Below, in pieces: positions 16,887 through 25,859 of a DNA stretch of 32,000 nucleotides. Source of the DNA: Nostoc punctiforme PCC 73102 (GTDB lineage: Bacteria; Cyanobacteriota; Cyanobacteriia; Cyanobacteriales; Nostocaceae); NCBI RefSeq assembly GCF_000020025.1, contig NC_010628.1:7380001-7412000 (forward strand). Direction: 5' to 3'. The notes below the pieces were generated by a model, which worked only from the letters and a program-made list of their open reading frames with translations, did no database searches and was not told where the DNA came from. The position numbers and the translations under genes were made by a program. Positions within the stretch are counted from its first letter, which is position 1. Every line of letters begins with the position of its first letter.

Positions 16887-18284
16887 ATGGTATCGACTCA
16901 CCCCACTGGGGTTCAACATTCTGGAAGTCAATATTTACCTCAAAGGCGCGACACTAACCCAAATCTCTCGCCTAATCAGGAACTTTTACCGCTAACTGCT
17001 AGAGTTCATAATCATGACTCCCTAGAAATTGGTGGATGTGATGTCACAACCCTAGTTAAGCAATTTGGTTCACCCTTATATATTTTAGATGAAGAAACCT
17101 TGCGTTCAGCTTGTCAGCAATACCGAGATGCTTTCAAGCAGTACTACAAGGGCGAATCTCAAGTATTGTACGCCTCAAAAGCTTGGAATTGTTTAGCAGT
17201 TTGTGCGATCGCCGCATCAGAAGGATTAGGAATCGATGTAGTTTCTGGGGGCGAACTTTACACCGCCCTACAAGCAGGTGTTAGTCCTGAGAAAATCTAC
17301 CTTCATGGAAATAATAAATCTCGTGAAGAATTAATTTTAGCGATCGAGTCTGGTGTCACCATTGTGGCGGATAACTGGTATGAGTTGCGTACCCTTGTGG
17401 AAATTGCCCAACCTGGTCAATCAATCCGCATCATGCTACGGCTAACTCCCGGTATTGAGTGTCACACCCACGAATATATTCGCACGGGACACTTAGATAG
17501 CAAATTTGGCTTTGATCCCAACGATTTAGATGAAGTATTTACCTTTGTCAGTCAACAAAGCACCCTTGACTGCGTAGGGGTACACGCTCATATTGGTTCC
17601 CAAATTTTTGAGCGCCAACCGCATCAAGATTTAGCTGCTGTTATGGTGCAATGGCTGCGGGATGCCGGAAAGTACGGTTTAAATATTACAGAGTTAAATG
17701 TTGGTGGTGGTTTAGGGATTAAGTATACAGAATCAGACGATCCCCCTAGCATTGAAGAGTGGGTGAAGGCAATTTGTGAAGTTGTCCAAGAAGCCTGTGC
17801 GGTCGAAAATCTGCCTTTGCCGAAATTACTGAGTGAACCAGGGCGATCGCTAATTGCCACAGCTTGCGTCACTGCTTATACTGTTGGTTCATCCAAAGTT
17901 ATTCCAGAAATTCGTACCTACGTAGCGATCGATGGGGGAATGTCTGATAATCCTCGCCCGATTACTTACCAATCAGTTTATCGGGCAGTAGTTGCCAATA
18001 AAATGTCTTCTCCTGTAACTCAAACAGTCACAATTGCTGGTAAACATTGTGAATCAGGAGATATTCTGATTAAAAATGCACTACTCCCAAAGACTGAACC
18101 AGGAGATATTCTCGTAGTTATGGGAACTGGTGCGTACAATTACAGTATGGCATCTAACTACAACCGCTTGCCCCGACCGGCAGCAGTTGTGGTGGCGAAT
18201 GGCGAAGCGAATTTAATTTTGCAACGTGAAACTTATCAGGACTTAATTCGACAAGATAGCCTACCAGAAAGGCTGAAAATTTAG
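16887..18284 (+). CDS. lysA: Diaminopimelate decarboxylase
   Basis: 465 aa with the fold-III PLP decarboxylase pattern (YASKAW, HGNNKS, GVHAHIGSQI, EPGRSLIA, CESGD, GAYNYSMASNYN). Confidence 0.9.
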   Translation: MVSTHPTGVQHSGSQYLPQRRDTNPNLSPNQELLPLTARVHNHDSLEIGGCDVTTLVKQFGSPLYILDEETLRSACQQYRDAFKQYYKGESQVLYASKAWNCLAVCAIAASEGLGIDVVSGGELYTALQAGVSPEKIYLHGNNKSREELILAIESGVTIVADNWYELRTLVEIAQPGQSIRIMLRLTPGIECHTHEYIRTGHLDSKFGFDPNDLDEVFTFVSQQSTLDCVGVHAHIGSQIFERQPHQDLAAVMVQWLRDAGKYGLNITELNVGGGLGIKYTESDDPPSIEEWVKAICEVVQEACAVENLPLPKLLSEPGRSLIATACVTAYTVGSSKVIPEIRTYVAIDGGMSDNPRPITYQSVYRAVVANKMSSPVTQTVTIAGKHCESGDILIKNALLPKTEPGDILVVMGTGAYNYSMASNYNRLPRPAAVVVANGEANLILQRETYQDLIRQDSLPERLKI

Positions 18285-18305
18285 TCATTTGTCCTTGGTC
18301 ATTGG

Positions 18306-18459
18306 GAGCCACTGCGTTGCGGTGAGGCAGTCCGGTCTTCTCCCAAAGGGAGAGGCTAGCACCAAGGGGGTTTCCCCCAGAGGAACTGCCGTAAGCGCAG
18401 CGTTAGCGAGCCTGCGAGCGTCACCCGACGGGGGGTTCGCCCCGTTAAAGCAAGTGGCG
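18306..18459. repeat. Composite GC-rich nested mini-element cluster in the lysA-cdaA spacer
   Basis: Its termini GAGCCACTGCGTTG... and ...GGGGTTCGCCCCGTTAAAGCAAGTGGCG resemble the ends of the 56-bp element at 12077-12132. The interior holds several further GC-rich hairpins (CTCCCAAAGGGAG, GGGGGTTTCCCCC). GC content is far above that of the flanks. Confidence 0.7.
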
Positions 18460-18483
18460 TTCATTAGCCACGAAATAATTACA

Positions 18484-18511
18484 AATGACTAATGACTAAT
18501 GACTAATGACT
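18484..18511. repeat. Heptamer tandem repeat (AATGACT x4), STRR-like
   Basis: Four perfect tandem copies can be read directly. Reverse-complement copies (AGTCATT) lie at 18283-18289, and degenerate ones near 18298-18304. Confidence 0.9.
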
Positions 18512-18547
18512 AACTGTAATTAGAGGCAAAAGTGTAATCCAGATGTC

Positions 18548-19471
18548 ATGAGAGATTGGTGGAAGCAATGGCTGATAAACCTGGGGTGGTCACAGTCCTT
18601 GCTGCTTGGGACTCTGGATATTGTGTTAGTGCTGGCGCTGACTTACATGATACTAGTTATTATTAGTGAGCGCCGAACACTATGGATGGTGCGGGGATTC
18701 ATTATCTTAATGCTAGCCTCAGCACTAAGTGGCAGATTAGGACTACCTCTGCTAAGTTTTGTACTAGAAAAGTTGGTGATTGGTTGTGCTGTAGCGATGG
18801 CAGTTGCTTTACAGTCAGAGTTTAGGCGGTTTTTGGAGCAATTGGGGCGTGGCGAATTCCGCCAGTTGTTTCAACCCGATCGGCTGGCAATCCCCAAATC
18901 TGATAGTGTAATTGATGAAATTGTTGAGGCTGTTAAAGAATTGTCAAAAAACCGGATTGGAGCTTTACTAATTGTGGAAACCACAGGACCAATTGATGAG
19001 CGAGATTTTTCTGTGCCAGGAGTAAAGCTAAATGCGGAGGTTTCTAAAGAACTAATCCAGACAATTTTTCAGCCGAAAACTTTGTTACACGATGGAGCGA
19101 CATTAATCCGTGGCTCACGGATCGTATCATCGGGTATAATTTTACCACTTTCGGGACGCACAGCCTCGCGCCAGTTGGGAACACGCCACCGGGCGGCAAT
19201 GGGAATTACTGAGCGGGTCGAAAATTGCATTTGTGTCGTTGTATCTGAAGAAACGGGTTCCATTTCCTTAGCGGAACGGGGAACTCTAAATAGACCACTG
19301 ACGATTAAGAAACTAAAAGAATCATTAGAGGCTCTTTTGTCACCAACCGTGGATAGGGAAGCTGTTGCTCCTGGTCTGTTGAGTTTTGTTCGTCGGATAG
19401 GTGGGAAGACACTAGCACTGGTTTCACGTTTACTCGGATTACCATCGACCGCTTCTCGAGAGAAAAAATGA
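18548..19471 (+). CDS. cdaA: Diadenylate cyclase (c-di-AMP synthase) CdaA
   Basis: 307 aa with three N-terminal TM helices followed by a DAC domain carrying [10 protein letters not shown]...[15 protein letters not shown]...[13 protein letters not shown]. Confidence 0.9.
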   Translation: MRDWWKQWLINLGWSQSLLLGTLDIVLVLALTYMILVIISERRTLWMVRGFIILMLASALSGRLGLPLLSFVLEKLVIGCAVAMAVALQSEFRRFLEQLGRGEFRQLFQPDRLAIPKSDSVIDEIVEAVKELSKNRIGALLIVETTGPIDERDFSVPGVKLNAEVSKELIQTIFQPKTLLHDGATLIRGSRIVSSGIILPLSGRTASRQLGTRHRAAMGITERVENCICVVVSEETGSISLAERGTLNRPLTIKKLKESLEALLSPTVDREAVAPGLLSFVRRIGGKTLALVSRLLGLPSTASREKK

Positions 19472-20217
19472 CAGCACAACAAACTAAACTGCAAGATTTG
19501 CCTACTGACTTAAAACGAGAACTATTACCGCAGCACGTTGCGGTGATTATGGATGGCAATGGTCGATGGGCTAAACGTCAGGGTCTACCTCGAATTATGG
19601 GTCATAAGCGAGGAGTAGATGCTCTTAAGGATTTACTCCGCTGTTGTCAGGATTGGGGGATTCAGGCGCTGACAGCTTATGCTTTTTCAACGGAGAACTG
19701 GAAAAGACCGCAGGAAGAAGTTGATTTTTTGATGACTCTGTTTCAAAGAGTTTTGCGCCAAGAACTGCGGGAAATGGTCGAAGAGAATGTTCAAATTAAG
19801 TTTGTCGGAAATTTGCAGGCTCTGCCACGATCGCTCCAGCAAGAAATATCCCGTTCAATGGAAGAAACCAAGGATAATCGCGGTATCCGGTTTTCAGTGG
19901 CAACTAATTATGGCGGACGGCAGGAAATTTTACAAGCTTGTCAGGCGATCGCAAAACAAGTCCAGCAAGGTCTGCTACAACCCGATGAAATTAATGAACA
20001 AGTTTTTGAGAGCCACTTGTATACAGCAGGAATTACTGACCCAGATTTGTTAATCCGCACCAGTGGAGAAATGCGCCTCTCAAATTTCCTTCTCTGGCAA
20101 ATGGCTTATGGAGAAATTTACATCACTGATGCTCTCTGGCCCGATTTTGACCGGGCCGAGTTTCACCGCGCCTTATGTGCCTACCAGCAACGGGAGCGGC
20201 GGTTTGGTAAAGTTTAA
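19468..20217 (+). CDS. uppS: Isoprenyl transferase / undecaprenyl diphosphate synthase
   Basis: 249 aa with [23 protein letters not shown] and [21 protein letters not shown]. The start overlaps the cdaA stop (ATGA). Confidence 0.9.
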   Translation: MTAQQTKLQDLPTDLKRELLPQHVAVIMDGNGRWAKRQGLPRIMGHKRGVDALKDLLRCCQDWGIQALTAYAFSTENWKRPQEEVDFLMTLFQRVLRQELREMVEENVQIKFVGNLQALPRSLQQEISRSMEETKDNRGIRFSVATNYGGRQEILQACQAIAKQVQQGLLQPDEINEQVFESHLYTAGITDPDLLIRTSGEMRLSNFLLWQMAYGEIYITDALWPDFDRAEFHRALCAYQQRERRFGKV

Positions 20218-20296
20218 AATATTACGTTTATTAAGTCGCTAAGATGCGTTAGCGAAGCTACAAGATTGGCGATCGCACTACAATTTAATAAACTCA

Positions 20297-20536
20297 ATGA
20301 TGGCTATTGATATGGTATCGATTCCTATCACCCTGGAACAACTCATTACGGCTGTGCAACAGTTGCAACCAGAGGAACGGGCAGAGGTTGCCAGAGCGTT
20401 GGTTTTAGTGGATTTACGTTCAGATTTGAGGGCTTTAATTCAAGAACTTTATGCTCAACCCCCGGTTGATGATATTACAGATGAAAATATCATGGCTGAA
20501 ATTAAGGCTGTGCGCCAGCAATCTCACCAAACATGA
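20297..20536 (+). CDS. Putative type II antitoxin, partner of the downstream PIN gene
   Basis: 79-aa ORF whose stop overlaps the ATG of the PIN-domain frame (ATGA at 20533-20536). No family was recognised. Confidence 0.5.
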   Translation: MMAIDMVSIPITLEQLITAVQQLQPEERAEVARALVLVDLRSDLRALIQELYAQPPVDDITDENIMAEIKAVRQQSHQT

Positions 20537-20964
20537 AGTTTCGAGTAGTCATCGACACTAACATTTGGATTCGTATTTTGCTCAAAGGCCGAGTTACATT
20601 GCCCATATTGAAAGCATTTAATGAGGACAAATTCCAGTTGGTGATGAGTCAACCCCTAATGGAATAACTGCATCTAGTTTGGAATCGCCCCCGGTTAAGA
20701 GAACGGATTAATCCAAGTATTGCTATTCAACTTGAACAGCAGTTGCAGTACCGAGCAATATGGATTGAGTTGGAAACGGTTCCACCTAATTGTCGAGATC
20801 CCAAAGATTTAGCTGTACTTGCTACGGCTATTGATGGTCAAGCAGAGATTATTGTGTCTGGGGATGATGATTTACGTGCTGATGATGAGTTAAGGGCAGT
20901 AATGGCAACTTATGGCATCCGATTGCTGGGTGTTCATTTTTTTTTGAACGTGATTGCGGCTTAA
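20533..20964 (+). pseudogene. PIN-domain toxin (TIGR00305-like) interrupted by a single in-frame TAA
   Basis: One frame reads MKFRVVIDTNIWIRILLKGR...SQPLME*LHLVWNRPRL...DPKDLAVLATAIDGQAEIIVSGDDDL. The stop sits at 20665-20667, and the sequence on both sides fits one PIN domain. Confidence 0.7.
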
Positions 20965-21004
20965 TTTCCCTACCTTTTTACCGTGAACTGAATTCAGCAC
21001 TTCT

Positions 21005-21277
21005 TTATGGCCCGGAAAACACGGCTTGTTCTACATCATCCCGACTAAGAGAATACTTGAATGACCGTTGGATATCTTGTCCATTTTCCCCAGATTGGAC
21101 ATATCGCACTACAATTTGCTCAACGTCGAGCCATAGTTCAGCTTGCCAACTTGGCCGTTGCACATGCCAGCAATGTCTCTGGGTTTCGTCTTGTTTACAG
21201 CCTTGGTCTTTTAGCCACTGTTCAATTTGTGGCAGGGGATGATTATACAGGGGGGTATCAGAGGGAAGAAGAGGCAT
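21005..21277 (-). CDS. DUF3143-family protein
   Basis: 90 aa. PLYNHPLPQIEQWL...WHVQRPSWQAELWLDVEQIVVRY matches my recollection of the cyanobacteria/plastid-lineage DUF3143 family. Confidence 0.65.
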   Translation of the reverse strand: MPLLPSDTPLYNHPLPQIEQWLKDQGCKQDETQRHCWHVQRPSWQAELWLDVEQIVVRYVQSGENGQDIQRSFKYSLSRDDVEQAVFSGP

Positions 21278-21308
21278 AGGAATTTGGGATTTTGGATTAG
21301 GAAATTTT

Positions 21309-21875
21309 TTAATTTTTAATTACCATAAGGGTAATTAGTTGCGATATATGGTTAATTTGCTGTTGTACAGATGGAGTTGACTGTAGCAAACGGGTTTGAA
21401 AAGCAGCATCACCACGAGTTAAACCAATGGCAACTGCTAATAACAAACAACCTACAAATGTTAACACCAGCATAAATAAAGCAAAAATTTCGCCAGATGA
21501 TAAGGGGCGATCGCTCGGGTCGAGATAAGCTGATTTTGACCAATCGTGAGAACGCGAGGCGGGATGATTCAAGTCAGAGGGTGGTTGAATCACTCCAAAG
21601 CGGGAATAGCCAATTTTTAAATCGTAGCTTAACCGCCGTTCTGGATGGCTAAGGGTGGCGTAGGCTTCATTGATTTGCTGAAATTTGGGAGTGGCGATCG
21701 CAGTAGGCAAGTCTGTAGTATCAGGATGATAGCGTTTGCTCAGTTCTCGATAAGCGCGACGAATATCAATTACTGATGCCGAGGGATGCAGTCCTAGCAG
21801 GGAGTAATAAGTTGGTTTACTGCTTTGTGGCATTGCCCCGTTATGATTCACGGCTGTTTGAGTCACTTTGCTCAA
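21309..21875 (-). CDS. J-domain protein with a C-terminal transmembrane anchor (type III DnaJ-like)
   Basis: The J domain reads YYSLLGLHPSASVIDIRRAYRELSKRYHPDTT...INEAYATLSHPERRLSYD. A C-terminal hydrophobic helix IFALFMLVLTFVGCLLLAVAIGL follows. Confidence 0.8.
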   Translation of the reverse strand: MSKVTQTAVNHNGAMPQSSKPTYYSLLGLHPSASVIDIRRAYRELSKRYHPDTTDLPTAIATPKFQQINEAYATLSHPERRLSYDLKIGYSRFGVIQPPSDLNHPASRSHDWSKSAYLDPSDRPLSSGEIFALFMLVLTFVGCLLLAVAIGLTRGDAAFQTRLLQSTPSVQQQINHISQLITLMVIKN

Positions 21876-21906
21876 AGATATTTTTTATATTTTAAATCCT
21901 TTGTGA

Positions 21907-22038
21907 ATTGGGGAAGTGCGAAGTTTTCCGGTAAAAAATTATTTAATTTTTTATCGTCCAATAGACGAAGGCATAGAAATTGTACCTATCTTGCACGGCT
22001 TACAAGATATAGAAACTATTTTTCAAGATGAAGACTGA
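21907..22038 (+). pseudogene. 3' relic of a ParE/RelE-family toxin gene
   Basis: The translation IGEVRSFPVKNYLIFYRPIDEGIEIVPILHGLQDIETIFQDED* matches the conserved ParE C-terminal pattern (Y.IFYR...I.I..ILHG..D). A stop lies immediately upstream, and no N-terminal part or antitoxin is present. Confidence 0.6.
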
Positions 22039-22255
22039 AGTTAAAATAAGTAAGTGAGTGTAAATAATTGTCGTTGGGATAAGGCAATAGGCAATAAGTA
22101 TAAGGGTTTTAGCCTAGTTCATTTTTCTTTACATAGTTTGATTTTATTGTGCCAACTTACTTAAGCCGTAATTAGTAGTTGAGTCCCCACTAAAAATTAG
22201 GGACTTGGAATATTGACTACATTTTTATCGATTTATAAATTAAGTTCTTCTGTCA

Positions 22256-22325
22256 ATGAATTATGAATTATGAGTTAGTAATTATTTTGAGCAATAGCTT
22301 GAAATGCTATCTCACTCCTAACTCA
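22256..22325. repeat. Heptamer-repeat/hairpin module at the dnaJ 3' end (partner module at 23347-23410)
   Basis: ATGAATTATGAATTATGAGTTAG ... TCTCACTCCTAACTCA. The 8-bp stem TGAGTTAG (22271-22278) pairs with CTAACTCA (22318-22325). The module shares the strings TTATGAATTATGAGTTAG and TCTCACTCCTAACTC with the second module. Confidence 0.75.
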
Positions 22326-23313
22326 GTAAATCAGCACGGGGTTTAAAGGTTTCGATTTGCCGTAACTTTTCGTAGAGTTCCCGTTCTTCTTGACTAATAT
22401 TTTTAGGTGTGACTATTTGAATTTCAACTAATTGATCGCCACGTTTGCCATCATCGCTGGGATAACCTTTATTCCCTAGTCGGAATTTTTGACCAGACCT
22501 AACTCCTGGGGGAATGGTCATTTTCACTGGGCCATCCAAAGTTGGTGCTTCTACCTGTCCTCCTAAAACTGCTTCGCTGGGAGTAACTGGTACTTGGCAA
22601 AGAATATTTAAACCTTCTAGCTTAAATAATGGATGAGGCTCAACGGTAATTTTTAAGTATAGATCGCCACCACCAACGCCTTGGTTTCGCAAACGGATGG
22701 TTTGGCCTGTCACCATCCCTAGTGGCATATTAACTTCTAGCGATCGCCCATCTTCTAAACGGATGCGTTCATTACCACCTTGATAAGCTTTTTCTAGTGG
22801 TAGCGTTAATCTGGCTTCTATATCTCGGCGGGTAGTGCGAGGTGGAGTGTTAACTGTATAGGCAACTTTTGTTCTGGGGGAACGAAACGGATCGCTAGTA
22901 TTGCCATTACTAGACTTACTGGCCCCACTCTTATTTTTGACACCGATAACTTGATTAATAAAGCTTTCAAAGTCGGAGAATTGGCTTGGATCTACGTCTT
23001 GATTGCCGTTGCGATCGCTAGCACCACTCTGCCAAGTTTTAGCCTTTGGTGTTTGTTTGTTGCCTGCAAAGCCTTTTTGCTTCCAGTAGCGGCTAAACTG
23101 GTCGTATTGCGATCGCTTGGCTGAGTCCGAAAGGACTTCATAAGCCTCGCCGATATCCTTAAATTTTTCCTCAGATTCTTTGTTACCCGGATTCAGATCG
23201 GGGTGATATTGTCTTGCTAAACGCCGATAAACCTTTTTAATTTCCTCACCAGAAGCGTCTTTAGATACTCCTAAAATTTCGTAGTAATCGCGGAAATTCG
23301 GCAAATTTTGCAT
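22318..23313 (-). CDS. dnaJ: DnaJ-class co-chaperone without a zinc-finger domain (type II, CbpA/DnaJ3-like)
   Basis: 331 aa. The J domain reads [40 protein letters not shown]-rich linker and DnaJ C-terminal beta-domains follow. No CxxCxGxG repeats are present. Confidence 0.85.
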   Translation of the reverse strand: MQNLPNFRDYYEILGVSKDASGEEIKKVYRRLARQYHPDLNPGNKESEEKFKDIGEAYEVLSDSAKRSQYDQFSRYWKQKGFAGNKQTPKAKTWQSGASDRNGNQDVDPSQFSDFESFINQVIGVKNKSGASKSSNGNTSDPFRSPRTKVAYTVNTPPRTTRRDIEARLTLPLEKAYQGGNERIRLEDGRSLEVNMPLGMVTGQTIRLRNQGVGGGDLYLKITVEPHPLFKLEGLNILCQVPVTPSEAVLGGQVEAPTLDGPVKMTIPPGVRSGQKFRLGNKGYPSDDGKRGDQLVEIQIVTPKNISQEERELYEKLRQIETFKPRADLLS

Positions 23314-23346
23314 AGTTCAGTTATTTAAATTTTAAATTACTTAGTA

Positions 23347-23410
23347 GTTATGAATTATGAGTTAGGAGTTGAAAGATTTAATTTTAAACTTCTCACTCCT
23401 AACTCCTAAC
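23347..23410. repeat. Heptamer-repeat/hairpin module in the dnaK-dnaJ spacer
   Basis: The perfect 11-bp stem GAGTTAGGAGT (23359-23369) pairs with ACTCCTAACTC (23395-23405) around a 25-nt loop. The module also contains ATGAATT and CTCCTAA heptamer units. Confidence 0.75.
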
Positions 23411-23424
23411 TTTTATTAAAAGTA

Positions 23425-25542
23425 CTACAACCAATCATTGTCATCTTCATCATCCCAGTTATCTTGGTAGCTGGGACGAGATTTGCGTGGAGGACGGCTT
23501 TCATAAGAGGAAGACCGACTGTCTCGGCTATTGTCTCGGCTATTGTCTCGGCCATAGTCTCGGCTATTGTCTCGGCCATAGTCTTTACCGTAATCTCTAC
23601 CATAGTCCTTACCGAATGAATCGCGTTCCCGATATGTATCTCTAGGAAATTCGCGTTCTTTATCCTTATCACCGCCAGTAAAAATGTCACGGATAGTACC
23701 TAACAAATCGTCATCTTCATCTTCAGCATAAGTCTGGCGGACTTCTCGATTTAGCTCATAGAGAGCATCTTGCAAATCGGCGTAGGCTTGATCGATACCG
23801 CGATCGCTATTTTCCTTCAGACTCTCTTTTAAGTCTCGGCAAATATTATCAATTCTTTGGCGACGGCTGCGGGCAAACTGCATACCAAATTCAAGTGCAA
23901 CTTCTCTAAGTTGCCGTTCTGCTTGGAAAATCAACGCCTCAGAACGAGTCCGCTTTTCTACCCTTTCTTTCCGTTCGCGATCGACATCGGCGTATTTCTG
24001 TGCATCTTGAATCATCCGATTCACTTCTGACTCGTTCAAGGTGGAAGCGCCTTGAACGGTGATACTCTGCTCTCGCCCAGTGGTTCTATCTAAGGCTGTT
24101 ACCTGTAAAATACCATTAGCGTCTATATCAAATGATACCTGAACTTGGGGAATTCCTCGTGGCGCTGGCGGGATACCATACAGCTTGAAACGTCCTAAAG
24201 ACTTATTGTTTCCTGCCATTTCTCGTTCGCCCTGAACTACGTGAATTTCCACGGTATTTTGGTTATTTTCAGACGTGGAAAAAATGTCAGAACGGCGGAC
24301 TGGGATGGTGGTGTTGCGCGGAATGAGTTTTTTCATCACGCCGCCGATGGTTTCCAATCCTAAAGAAAGGGGTGTGACATCCAAAAGCAGCACATCTTTG
24401 AGTTCACCTGCAAGAATTCCGGCTTGAATTGCTGCACCCACTCCCACTACTTCATCAGGATTGACATTTTCGTTAGGTTCTGTACCAATCAAGTCTCGCA
24501 CTAGCTGTTTCACCATTGGCATCCGTGTAGAACCGCCAACTAAGACAACTTCTTCAATATCTCTAGGTGAAAGTCCGGCATCTTTGAGGGCGCGTTTCAC
24601 TGGTGTCCGCAATCGCCCTACCAAATCACCACACAAACCTTCAAACTGGGAACGAGTTAAACGAGTTTCTAGATGTTTCGGGCCATCTTCCGTGGCGGTG
24701 ATGAAGGGTAAGTTAATATCAGTAACGCTGACAGCAGAAAGTTCTATTTTGGCTTTTTCCGCAGCTTCCATCAGACGTTGTAAAGCTTGGCGATCGCGTC
24801 TTAAGTCTATTTCTTCAGTTTCCAGAAATTGCTCTGCTAACCAATCTACTATTATTTTGTCAAAGTCATTACCACCAAGTTGCGTATCTCCACTGGTAGC
24901 TTTGACCTCAAATATCCCATCGCCCACTTCTAAAATCGACACGTCAAAAGTACCGCCACCTAAGTCAAAGACTAAGATAGTTTCCGTGTCACCCCGATCT
25001 AATCCATAAGCTAAAGATGCAGCAGTCGGTTCATTGAGAATCCGCAGCACCTCTAAACCGGCAATTCTGCCAGCATCGCGGGTTGCTTGCCGTTGAGAAT
25101 CGTTAAAATAAGCGGGGACTGTAATCACTGCCCCTGTGACTGGTTCACCCAAATAGCGACTAGCATCGTCTGCCAATTTCTTCAGCACCATTGCCGAAAT
25201 TTCTTCTGGGGCGAAATCTTTATTAAGACGGGGACAAGCAATTTTAATATTACCTACTTCATCTTTGCGGATGGTGTAAGGTACACGCTTGGAATCTGGA
25301 CTAAGTTCGGCATATTTGCGCCCAATGAAGCGTTTCACTGCAAAAAAGGTATTTTGGGGATTGAGGACGGTTTGGCGGCGTGCCATTTGCCCAACTACCC
25401 TTTCGCCTTCTTTGCTAAAGCCAACTACGGAGGGGGTTGTTCGCATTCCTTCTGCATTGGCAATCACCACCGGCTTGCCACCCTCCATAACGGCGACTAC
25501 TGAGTTGGTTGTACCCAAGTCGATGCCGACTACCTTGCCCAT
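23425..25542 (-). CDS. dnaK: Hsp70 chaperone DnaK with an extended repetitive C-terminal tail (DnaK3-like)
   Basis: 705 aa with [23 protein letters not shown] and [10 protein letters not shown]. The C-terminal ~90 aa tail is rich in (R/K)D(Y/N)(G/S) repeats and ends in an acidic [12 protein letters not shown]. The gene is followed by a type II dnaJ, as for dnaK3-dnaJ3 in other cyanobacteria. Confidence 0.9.
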   Translation of the reverse strand: MGKVVGIDLGTTNSVVAVMEGGKPVVIANAEGMRTTPSVVGFSKEGERVVGQMARRQTVLNPQNTFFAVKRFIGRKYAELSPDSKRVPYTIRKDEVGNIKIACPRLNKDFAPEEISAMVLKKLADDASRYLGEPVTGAVITVPAYFNDSQRQATRDAGRIAGLEVLRILNEPTAASLAYGLDRGDTETILVFDLGGGTFDVSILEVGDGIFEVKATSGDTQLGGNDFDKIIVDWLAEQFLETEEIDLRRDRQALQRLMEAAEKAKIELSAVSVTDINLPFITATEDGPKHLETRLTRSQFEGLCGDLVGRLRTPVKRALKDAGLSPRDIEEVVLVGGSTRMPMVKQLVRDLIGTEPNENVNPDEVVGVGAAIQAGILAGELKDVLLLDVTPLSLGLETIGGVMKKLIPRNTTIPVRRSDIFSTSENNQNTVEIHVVQGEREMAGNNKSLGRFKLYGIPPAPRGIPQVQVSFDIDANGILQVTALDRTTGREQSITVQGASTLNESEVNRMIQDAQKYADVDRERKERVEKRTRSEALIFQAERQLREVALEFGMQFARSRRQRIDNICRDLKESLKENSDRGIDQAYADLQDALYELNREVRQTYAEDEDDDLLGTIRDIFTGGDKDKEREFPRDTYRERDSFGKDYGRDYGKDYGRDNSRDYGRDNSRDNSRDSRSSSYESRPPRKSRPSYQDNWDDEDDNDWL
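23521..23616. repeat. Eight tandem 12-nt units inside the dnaK 3' region
   Basis: GTCTCGGCTATT x2, GTCTCGGCCATA, GTCTCGGCTATT, GTCTCGGCCATA, then three degenerate units. They encode the tetrapeptide repeats of the DnaK tail. Confidence 0.9.
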
Positions 25543-25859
25543 GCGTTACTCTTCTCCTAAAGTGTCTTATGTATTTATTATGATTGGGCGGAACTACCTC
25601 TAGCTTTGTGCTATGGGATGAAAACACCTCAATGGTATAATAGTCCTCATTAAGGCAGTGAGCTAAGAAGTACGGCTAGAGGAGATAGTTGCAAGACTAG
25701 GATAGCATTGACGATGATTGCTGTGTCTAAGCAGCCTCAATTCTTGTTATCCGGTTACTTCTATGCACTGAATCTGTAAGTTGCTAAATGCACCTTAAAT
25801 AAAAAATTTCTGCTTCTTTGAGTGCTTGAAAACCTTAATATTACCGCTATTTTAAACAT

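Noticed and set aside
18289-18492. 67-aa ORF in the lysA-cdaA spacer
   Set aside because: It lies entirely within GC-rich nested repeat and hairpin sequence. Its composition (A/S/G/P/R-rich) reflects the repeat, and it has no Shine-Dalgarno motif or recognisable family. I treat it as a repeat artefact.
18484-18511. Possible CRISPR array, considering the tandem heptamers here and near 22256 and 23347
   Set aside because: The units are 7 nt and directly abutting with no spacers. No cas genes are present. These are cyanobacterial STRR-type repeats.
19069-19559. 141-aa and 84-aa minus-strand ORFs over cdaA/uppS
   Set aside because: They are antisense to two well-supported genes and show no motifs.
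23406-23690. 94-aa ORF with [18 protein letters not shown] repeats
   Set aside because: It is an alternative frame through the 12-nt tandem repeats of the dnaK tail. The dnaK frame is continuous and conserved, so this ORF is an artefact.
24461-25627. Several 70-182-aa ORFs on both strands overlapping dnaK
   Set aside because: They are antisense or out-of-frame shadows of the dnaK coding sequence with no independent signals.
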